From positions 160,001-224,000 of the forward strand of contig OY759729.1 of assembly GCA_963662585.1 (NCBI GenBank): DNA of 64,000 nt, given 5' to 3'. The stretch's first letter is position 1; each line of letters begins with the position of its first letter. The notes under the pieces are model-generated. The model ran no database searches and was not told the origin of the DNA. It saw nothing but the letters and a program-made list of their open reading frames with translations. This DNA comes from Candidatus Cloacimonadales bacterium (GTDB lineage Bacteria; Cloacimonadota; Cloacimonadia; Cloacimonadales; JAFGVF01). This document shows, in pieces, positions 39,923-47,699 of the stretch. The position numbers were made by a program, and so were the translations under genes.

Positions 39923-41186
39923 TCCACTATCCGACAGAAGAGAGGTAACTGCGAAGCAGCTCTTAACTGGGAAAGTGAGCATCCTGCTCGCACCACGCAG
40001 TAGCGTGGTAGATTTCTTTATTTCTGGTATTTCTAGATTTTTAAGCAATTTTACGGAGTAGCGACTTCCGACATACAAATTTCTTTCGTCCGAAGTCCCT
40101 TGCCTACGGCTGAGGAACTCCGGTCTTCAGAGTGTCCACTATCCGACAGAAGAAGGGTGGCTGCGTAGCAGCTCTTAACTGGGAAAGTGAGCATCTTGCT
40201 CGCACCACGCAGTAGCGTGGTAGATTACTTTATTTCTGGTATTTCTAGATTTTTAAGCAATTTTACTGAGTAGCGACTTCCGACAGACAAATTTCTTTCG
40301 TCCGAAGTCCCTTGCCTAGGGCTGAGGAAACCGGTCTTCAGAGTGTACACTATCCGACAGAAGAGGGATTTTCTCACTTTTCAACTGCCAACTTGGATGC
40401 TAAAGTGTGAAGTGATAATTTCTAGCTCCAGAGGAGCTATTTCTTGGTAGCACAAAGGTCACACCAGAAATGCAATCGCTCCGTAGGTGCGAATTGTTTC
40501 TTCTTGTCAATGGCGAATGGATTATTCGCCTACAATAAATCCCCCTCTGTGAGGGGGACACAGGGGGTGTTTCTTATGAAATGGAAGCGTCTCTGCTTCC
40601 AGCTGGCGACGCGGAGGTCCCCAGTCCATAGGCGCTTGCTTCCATTAACTGGGGTTACGGACCTTTAGTCCGTGAATCTTAAACTCCCCTCTTTAGTGCT
40701 GAAAGCACGCTAAAAGAGGGGTGGCATCGAAGATGACGGGGTGTTTCTTCTTAAATCCCCCTCCGTGAGGGGGACACAGGGGGTGTTTCCTATGAAATGG
40801 AAGCATCTCTGCTTCCATGGGAATTTTTAAATCCTGTAGATGGCAGTTTAATCTGGTACATTTTCAACACCCCACCTGCTGCGCAGGCACCCCTCTTCTC
40901 CAGAGGGGACTTAAATACCTCGCGTTCTAGATCTCTTAAACTCCCCACTTTAGTGCTGAAAGCACGCTAAAAGAGAGGTAACTGCTAAGCAACTTTTAAC
41001 TGGGAAAGTGAGCATCCTGCTCGCACCACGCACTAGCGTGGTAGATTACTTTATTTCTGGTATTTCTAGATTTTTAAGCAATTTTACGGAGTAGCGACTT
41101 CCGACAAACAAATTTCTTTCGTCCGAAGTCCCTTGCCTACGGCTGAGGAAACCGGTCTTCAGTTTGTCCACTATCCGACAGAAGAA
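39923..41186. repeat. Right mosaic array: ~212-bp unit x2 (39923-40364), solo palindromes, then a block (40536-41186) directly repeating the left array
   Basis: (C/A)CACTATCCGACAGAAG at 39924, 40136, 40347 and ~41168; 40536-40817 matches 26362-26643; 40840-41186 matches 26733-27079. Confidence 0.95.
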
Positions 41187-41366
41187 TGGACCTCATCTTC
41201 TCCTCCCTTGCTCCTTCTCTCTCATTTCAAATATTATTTGTTTATTATTCGATATGAGTGTGAAGGAGGTGTTGAAGTGCATTGGGAGATAGTGTGAAAA
41301 AGCTAAAAGAATACCAAAACAATTATAGTTAAGTAATATACTATAAGCACTTTATCATATTTCTAA

Positions 41367-41414
41367 AACAAAAATAGCCCTTTGCTCCAAAATTGATTCT
41401 GAAGCTAGGGCTAT
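41367..41414 (-). terminator. Probable intrinsic terminator of the DHOD-like gene
   Basis: Minus strand ATAGCCCT...AGGGCTAT extended stem followed by TTTTGTTTT. Confidence 0.55.
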
Positions 41415-41434
41415 CTTAATAATTCAATATTTAT

Positions 41435-42448
41435 CTAGATTTTAGTAGGGTCTTTACGAAGAAGATGAGGTTTCATAAGTAATTTAGCATATTGAGCTCT
41501 GGTATAGGCCCAAGGGTCATTACTATTGGCTTTATTCATTTTTCCTTGGAAATCAGCTATTGTTTTAAAAGCTTTTTTATCCATCCAGGATTCTAGTTCT
41601 TTCAAAATTGTTGAGATATGAGAAATTCCATGTCTGTATAGAGCACTAACAATTTGCACAGCATCAGCTCCAGCTAAGATCATTTTAATAACATCTTCAG
41701 CATTGAAAATTCCACCACTACTACAAATTTTGGTATTTATCTCTTGAGAGAGAAGTCCTGTATAGCGAAGAGTAAGACGATTATCTTGTGGTCTGCTCAA
41801 GTTAAATGGGAAAGTATGTTCTAATTTTTCAATATTGATATCTGGTTGGAAGAAGCGATTAAAGACTACTATTCCAGCGATGCCTGTTTTACTCATCTCT
41901 TTGATAACATTTAAAGTATTGGTATAATCACTGCTTAATTTGACAGATACAGGAATGCTGAGCTTGGAAGTTAACTCTTTCAAAATAGCAATTTGCTCTG
42001 CTTCAATAGATTCTCCAGTCTTGGAAATATCTTTAGGACTAGAATAGAAATTTAATTCTAGGCCATCAATTCCAGTACTAGCCATTTGTTGGGCATAATC
42101 AAGCCAAGTCTCTTTATTAACAGCGTTTAAACTCCCTATTACAGGGATATTAACTATTTCTTTAGTCTTTTTTAACCAATAGAGGTGTTCATTAGGACCG
42201 ATTTCATCTAATTCAGAGAAGACTGTTATCATTTCTGAATGTTTATTATTTAAATTTTCTCTTTCCAATTCATCACGATAGCGTTCCAATTGAATCTGTT
42301 CTTCAAAGAGTGATTTTGCAACTAAGGCTGAAGCTCCAGACTCTTCAATGTTTTTGATAGTTTGCAAATTAGCTGTAAGACTACTTGCTCCTGCAATAAT
42401 AGGATTCTTGAGCTTTAAGCCCATATATTCAGTGGTAATATTTGCCAT
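41435..42448 (-). CDS. Dihydroorotate dehydrogenase-like FMN protein
   Basis: YMGLKLKNPIIAGASSL, KSLFEEQI, IPVIGSLN, LELNFY, IPVSVKLS, FNRFFQPD, LAGADAVQIVSALY; lacks the SCPN loop of true PyrD. Confidence 0.88.
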   Translation of the reverse strand: MANITTEYMGLKLKNPIIAGASSLTANLQTIKNIEESGASALVAKSLFEEQIQLERYRDELERENLNNKHSEMITVFSELDEIGPNEHLYWLKKTKEIVNIPVIGSLNAVNKETWLDYAQQMASTGIDGLELNFYSSPKDISKTGESIEAEQIAILKELTSKLSIPVSVKLSSDYTNTLNVIKEMSKTGIAGIVVFNRFFQPDINIEKLEHTFPFNLSRPQDNRLTLRYTGLLSQEINTKICSSGGIFNAEDVIKMILAGADAVQIVSALYRHGISHISTILKELESWMDKKAFKTIADFQGKMNKANSNDPWAYTRAQYAKLLMKPHLLRKDPTKI

Positions 42449-42649
42449 AATTATTCTCCTCTAACCTGACCTAGCCAATTAACAAAATGTAATTGAACAT
42501 TTCTGGTTATTGTGTTTAGTTTTTAATAATATAATGACTTTATTCCAGCAATGCAAATCTTCTTTTGATAAATTGTTTTTGGGAGGGTTAAGTAGGATTG
42601 AAGATATATATTATTGCTAATTCAGTGAAGCAGGTAAGATCCCCGCTTT

Positions 42650-42778
42650 CCCAGTTAATGCCTGCAAGGATGAAAGCGCTCCCAGTTGATGCCTACAGGG
42701 ATGCAAGCGCTCCCAGTTATTGCCTGCAGGGATGTAAGCGCTCCCAGTTAATGCCTGCAAGGATGCAAGCGCTCCCAG
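42650..42778. repeat. 31-bp tandem repeat x4, REP-like
   Basis: CCCAGTTAATGCCTGCAAGGATGCAAGCGCT-like unit; CCCAG at 42650, 42681, 42712, 42743, 42774. Confidence 0.95.
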
Positions 42779-42781
42779 TGT

Positions 42782-42812
42782 AAAAAAGACAAGCCCAGCT
42801 TGTGCTGGGCTT
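42782..42812 (-). terminator. Intrinsic terminator of serC
   Basis: AAGCCCAGC-4nt-GCTGGGCTT stem followed by GTCTTTTTT on the minus strand. Confidence 0.8.
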
Positions 42813-42840
42813 TCTCATATTATTTATAAGGAGCTAAAAA

Positions 42841-43929
42841 TTATTCATTATCAGCTTGGAATTTCTTCATGAACTCGCCTAAAGCTTTAGCACTTTCTAA
42901 TGGGCATGAGTTATAAACAGAAGCACGGCAACCGCCAACACTTCTATGACCTTTAAGTCCGATCATACCTTGAGCTTTAGCTTCAGCAATGAATTTCTTT
43001 TCTAATTCTTCTGAATTTAAAACGAAAGGAATATTCATTAAAGATCTATCTTCTTTAACAACAGTACCTTTGTAGAAACCGTTAGAATTATCGATGGCAT
43101 CATAGATATAGTTAGCTTTTTTAACATTATGAGCATGTAATTTATCTAAACCACCAAAACCTTCGATCCATTTTAAAACTTCACCAACAACATAAATGTT
43201 GAAAGCAGGAGGAGTGTTAAACATTGAACCTTTTTTGATATGAGTTTGATAATCTAACATAGTAGGAAGATTTTTGTTCATTTTATCAACAATGCTCTTT
43301 CTGATAGCAACGACTGTTACACCAGCTGGACCAACATTCTTTTGAGCACCAGCATATATTAAGTCGTATTTTTTGAAATCATAAGGTCTGCTTAAGAAGT
43401 TTGATGACATATCAGCAACTAATAAAACACCTTCAGGAAGAACAGGAGTTTGAGCATATTCTGTTCCGCGGATTGTGTTGTTAGTAGTAATGTGTAAGAA
43501 AGCAGGGTTAGCTGAAAGATTAATTTCTTTAGGAATATAAGTGAAGTCTTTATCTTCAGAAGAAGCAGCTATATGCATACCTTTACCAATTTTCTTAGCT
43601 TCTTTAAGAGCTGTAGAAGCCCAAGTACCTGTATTCACATAATTACCTTCTTGACCATCAGCAATAAGGTTCATTGCAACCATAAGGAATTGAGTTGAAG
43701 CACCACCACCAAGGAAAAGAACTTCATATTCGTCTCCTAAGTCCATGATTCTTTTAACTGCTGCAGTAGCATCATCAATAATCTTTTGGTATTCAGCTGA
43801 ACGGTGAGACATTTCCATTACTGAAAGTCCGTAACCTTTGTAACTAATCAAATTAGCTTGAACATCTTTTAATACTTCTACTGGCAATACAGATGGACCA
43901 GCGTTAAAGTTATGAATTCTGTTTTCCAT
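42841..43929 (-). CDS. serC: Phosphoserine aminotransferase
   Basis: NFNAGPSVLP, EMSHRS, GGASTQF, AGAQKNVGPAG, FNTPP, KGHRSVGGCRASVYN. Confidence 0.98.
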   Translation of the reverse strand: MENRIHNFNAGPSVLPVEVLKDVQANLISYKGYGLSVMEMSHRSAEYQKIIDDATAAVKRIMDLGDEYEVLFLGGGASTQFLMVAMNLIADGQEGNYVNTGTWASTALKEAKKIGKGMHIAASSEDKDFTYIPKEINLSANPAFLHITTNNTIRGTEYAQTPVLPEGVLLVADMSSNFLSRPYDFKKYDLIYAGAQKNVGPAGVTVVAIRKSIVDKMNKNLPTMLDYQTHIKKGSMFNTPPAFNIYVVGEVLKWIEGFGGLDKLHAHNVKKANYIYDAIDNSNGFYKGTVVKEDRSLMNIPFVLNSEELEKKFIAEAKAQGMIGLKGHRSVGGCRASVYNSCPLESAKALGEFMKKFQADNE

Positions 43930-44101
43930 ATTAATACTCCGAATTTTATTTTAGTACCAAAATATTAATTGTTAATTTCTTTGGCAAGTAATTTTATTAA
44001 AAGAAAAAAAAACTTACGAAAGCAAAAAAAATATAGACAAATGAGTAGAGCATTTTAAATTAAAGCTTAAAAGGAAATCATAATTTAGGGAAGGATATAA
44101 A

Positions 44102-44695
44102 ATGTTATCTGAATTACTTAAAGGGAAAAAAATTGTCTTAGCCTCAGCCTCTCCTCGTCGGAAGGAGATATTTAAAAACATAGGGATACGGCCCCTTCAT
44201 ATACCAGCCAATATAGATGAAGAGATGTTTGATATAGCTCCTTACAAATTAGTTATGATGCATTCTGAGAATAAAGCTAAAGAAGTGGCTCAACATTTAG
44301 ATCACAAGTGCATCGTAATAGGTGCTGATACAGTTGTCTTTTTAGATGGAAAAATACTTGGTAAACCCAATAGTAAATATCAAGCTTTTGATTATTTAGA
44401 AAAGTTATCAGGTAAGAAGCATTTCGTTTATACTGGTGTAACAATATGTTATAAGAAGATAGTTAAAACTTTTTATGAGAAAACCACAGTGGAATTTGAT
44501 GAATTATCACAATTTGATATAGAGAATTATGTAGAGACAGGAGATAGCTTTGATAAAGCTGGAGCCTATGGAATCCAAGGTTATGGAAGTCAATTTATAA
44601 AGAAGATTAATGGCTGTTATTTTAATGTTATGGGTTTTCCCATTAATAAATTTTATCGAGAAATAAAGAAAATTTTACAGAATAGTGAGAAATAA
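44102..44695 (+). CDS. maf: Maf-family nucleoside triphosphate pyrophosphatase
   Basis: LASASPRR, IGADTVV, ILGKP, DKAGAYGIQG. Confidence 0.95.
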   Translation: MLSELLKGKKIVLASASPRRKEIFKNIGIRPLHIPANIDEEMFDIAPYKLVMMHSENKAKEVAQHLDHKCIVIGADTVVFLDGKILGKPNSKYQAFDYLEKLSGKKHFVYTGVTICYKKIVKTFYEKTTVEFDELSQFDIENYVETGDSFDKAGAYGIQGYGSQFIKKINGCYFNVMGFPINKFYREIKKILQNSEK

Positions 44696-46155
44696 TGAAA
44701 CTATATTATAATGCTAAATTCTATTCCATGGATGAAGAAGAGAATATTTATCAAGCTGTTTTAGTTAATAATGGGATAATAATCGATTGCTTTCAGTCTA
44801 TGCCAAAAATACTAGATGTAGAAAAAATAGATCTTAAAGGAGCAACTGTATTTCCTGGATTCACTGATTCCCATACTCACTCTTTTGAAGGTGGTTTATA
44901 TAGTATGGGAGCAGATTTACAGACAGCTACTTCTTTAGGGGAAGTACTAGAGTTGATTAAGGAATCGCCTGTAATAGGAAATTATAAATTTGCTTATGGT
45001 TTAGATGAGAATAAATTAAAGGAAAAAAGATTTCCTACTATAGAAGAGCTTGATAGAGTTCTTCCTAATAATCCCCTTCTATTAAGAAGAGTTGATGGTC
45101 ATTCCTGTGTTATCAACAGCCAAGCACTCTCAATCATAAAATTCCCTAAAGAATTAGGTCCCAATTTCAATGGTTTATTAAATAGAGAAAACAATGATAT
45201 TGCTGCCCATACTTTCCATAACACACTTACTGATGAGGCGATTATCAAAGCCTATTCTGCTGCAGATAGTATTGCTGCTCAAAGCGGTTTAACTTCTGTT
45301 CACACAATGATAGGTGATGCCCAATATAGCTATAATCATTTCCCTCTTATTCAAGATAATTTAGCTAGATTCTCCACTAATTTTGTTTTATATCCTCAGT
45401 TTTTTGATATTGAAAAAGCATTAGAAAGATCTTCTAAAAGAATAGGTGGTTGCATTTTAGCTGATGGTTCTTTCGGGTCCCATACTGCTGCCCTGTCACA
45501 AGCCTACTCTGACAAGCCTACTTCCTATGGCAATTTATACCAAGATGATAAATTCTGGGAGAGTTTTGTAGAAAAAGCTCATGAAAAGAATCTTCAGGTC
45601 GGAGTTCACTGTATTGGAGATAAGGCTATCACTCAAATTGTTAAGGCTTATGCTAAAGCCCAAGAGAAAAATCCTAAAGACCTTAAACACCAGATTATTC
45701 ATAACGAATTAATGAGCGATGAATCATTAGCCTTAATGCAAAAATATAATATCTCAGCTGTTATGCAACCTAGCTTTGATAAACTTTGGGGTGGAGATGA
45801 TCAATTTTATGCTGAAGTGCTTGGTCTTGAAAGAGCAATGAAGACCAATAGACTTAAAACAATCTTAGATTCAGGAGTTCTATTGGCAGGAAGTTCAGAT
45901 TGGTATATCACAACTTTAGATATTTTAGAGCAATTACAAGCAGCCATTTCACATCATAATCCTCAAGAGAGATTATCTGTTAAAGAAGCAATAAAAATCT
46001 ATACTTTAAATGCTGCTAAGTTAGAAGGTGTTGAGAATAAAGGTTTGATAGCTAAAAACTATTTAGCTAATCTGACTATTCTCCAAAATGATCCGATTGC
46101 TAATAATAACTTCTTAAATAATAAAATACTAGCTGTAGTAGTAGCAGGAAAATAA
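44695..46155 (+). CDS. Metal-dependent amidohydrolase (YtcJ-like)
   Basis: PGFTDSHTH, RVDGHS, DGSFGSHTAAL, HCIGDKA, IIHNE, GSSDW. Confidence 0.9.
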   Translation: MKLYYNAKFYSMDEEENIYQAVLVNNGIIIDCFQSMPKILDVEKIDLKGATVFPGFTDSHTHSFEGGLYSMGADLQTATSLGEVLELIKESPVIGNYKFAYGLDENKLKEKRFPTIEELDRVLPNNPLLLRRVDGHSCVINSQALSIIKFPKELGPNFNGLLNRENNDIAAHTFHNTLTDEAIIKAYSAADSIAAQSGLTSVHTMIGDAQYSYNHFPLIQDNLARFSTNFVLYPQFFDIEKALERSSKRIGGCILADGSFGSHTAALSQAYSDKPTSYGNLYQDDKFWESFVEKAHEKNLQVGVHCIGDKAITQIVKAYAKAQEKNPKDLKHQIIHNELMSDESLALMQKYNISAVMQPSFDKLWGGDDQFYAEVLGLERAMKTNRLKTILDSGVLLAGSSDWYITTLDILEQLQAAISHHNPQERLSVKEAIKIYTLNAAKLEGVENKGLIAKNYLANLTILQNDPIANNNFLNNKILAVVVAGK

Positions 46156-46164
46156 AAAGGTTAT

Positions 46165-46662
46165 ATGTTTAATCAACGCAAAGCAAAAATGTTAATAGAA
46201 CAAGAGTTAACCCTCTTTCCCAAGGCTAGTATGACAGATATCTATAAACTTTTCTTTCAAAATTGCCGTGGAAGTGGTCATTTTTGTCAAGATTTAACCA
46301 TCATTAAAGAGAGAATAACTGATGAAATTAAAGTTATTGATTTAAAGAATTTTCACTATCCTGAATATGATATATCCTACCTTTTCGAAATTAAAAGAGT
46401 GAATTTAATCTCAATTATCAAAGGAAAATATGACCTTAATTTTGTTGCTGATAGGTTTTTAGCCTTATCTGTAATGCCTAATACTCTTAGTATCGAGGCA
46501 TGGACAAAAGAATGGAGTGAAATTCAAAAGTTAACTTTAAAATTATACCCAGAAATTATTAATGATTTATCAATTAAGAATATGGACTTCAGTCAATCTC
46601 TGCACCACAGTGAGATATATAGGAAAAGCTATCATCCTCACTATAGAATATGTAATTTATAA
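46165..46662 (+). CDS. Conserved hypothetical protein
   Basis: DIYKLFFQ..GSGH and HHSEIYRKSYHPHYR resemble a recurrent family of unknown function (recalled); co-oriented within the operon. Confidence 0.7.
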   Translation: MFNQRKAKMLIEQELTLFPKASMTDIYKLFFQNCRGSGHFCQDLTIIKERITDEIKVIDLKNFHYPEYDISYLFEIKRVNLISIIKGKYDLNFVADRFLALSVMPNTLSIEAWTKEWSEIQKLTLKLYPEIINDLSIKNMDFSQSLHHSEIYRKSYHPHYRICNL

Positions 46663-46664
46663 AG

Positions 46665-47567
46665 ATGAGAATAGAGGAAAATATCAATTTACTTTCACAA
46701 AAGTGGAAGAAGATATATGATTGTCGAGTAATGAAAATTGGCTTAAGTTTGGGACTTACCTGTCCTAACAGAGAGAAAGGTGCTTGTATTTTCTGTTTAC
46801 CAAGCACTTTCACCGACGAAATCAACGATAAGAATATACTCACTATTCCTCAACAGATAGATATTCTCCTGCCAAAAATTATGCAAAAGACCAAAACTAG
46901 TAAATTTATTGCCTATCTTCAAGATGAAACAACTACTGCTTGTAGTATTAATTATTTGCAAGAATCATTGGCAATAATTGAAAAGAGCAATATATTTGAA
47001 GAAGTAATAATCTCCACTCGCCCTGATTATATTGATGAAGATATTTTAAAAGTTATAAAAAGTGTTAACATACCAATCACTATCGAAATTGGGATGCAGA
47101 CAATACACGATTCCTCTCTCAATTTTCTGAATAGGAATCATACTCACCAAGAGAGTATCCATGCTTTAAAGATGTGTGAAGAGTTTCATATCCCTACAGG
47201 AGTTCATCTAATTTTAGGAATCCCTAATGAGACCCAAGAGATGAACCTAGAAACCATTAATTTCATAAATAAAAACAAGAATATCAGTGATGTTAAAATT
47301 CATAATTTAGTTGTATATAGAGAGACAAAATTAGCTGATATTTATCAAAATCATAATTTCCTTTCTTATGAAGAATATTTAGAGTTGCTAGCAAAGATAA
47401 TAGGTCATTTAAGTCCAGAAAAAACTATATCTAGACTTTTTACAAGTAATTTGAGAAGAGATTCTCTTGCTTTAAATAGCTTTCCTGGATTTAAACAAAT
47501 TTGGCTCAAAGATTTGTGGTTACTTTTAAAGAAAAAATCTATTTTTCAAGGAAGTTCTCTAGTCTAA
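46665..47567 (+). CDS. Radical SAM protein, YhcC/TIGR01212-like
   Basis: TCPNREKGACIFC, ISTRPD, EIGMQT, HLILGIP, VKIHNL. Confidence 0.9.
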   Translation: MRIEENINLLSQKWKKIYDCRVMKIGLSLGLTCPNREKGACIFCLPSTFTDEINDKNILTIPQQIDILLPKIMQKTKTSKFIAYLQDETTTACSINYLQESLAIIEKSNIFEEVIISTRPDYIDEDILKVIKSVNIPITIEIGMQTIHDSSLNFLNRNHTHQESIHALKMCEEFHIPTGVHLILGIPNETQEMNLETINFINKNKNISDVKIHNLVVYRETKLADIYQNHNFLSYEEYLELLAKIIGHLSPEKTISRLFTSNLRRDSLALNSFPGFKQIWLKDLWLLLKKKSIFQGSSLV

Positions 47568-47699
47568 TTAGATTTAAATCATTATGAGATAAGAGAATGC
47601 GTGATTATAAAAAATATCTGTAAATAAAATTCTTTACAAATTTAAGATTATCTTAGATAATGTTAAATAAATATGCAAAATAAAATAATAGGGTACCAT

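Noticed and set aside
39861..40668. ORFs 39861-40061(+), 39887-40078(-) and 40444-40668(+)
   Set aside because: They lie within palindromic repeats, have atypical composition and no recognisable motifs
26020..41434. Prophage, ICE, IS or integron
   Set aside because: No integrase, transposase, phage or conjugation genes; no attC-type cassette organisation recognisable
41435..42448. Calling this gene pyrD
   Set aside because: Lacks the catalytic Cys/Ser loop (has LELNFYSSP), no pyrK or pyr context; fits the DHOD-like subfamily
42598..42783. 61-aa ORF with repeated peptide, or a mini-CRISPR
   Set aside because: The peptide repeats arise from a 31-bp (non-triplet) head-to-tail DNA repeat with no spacers; TTG start
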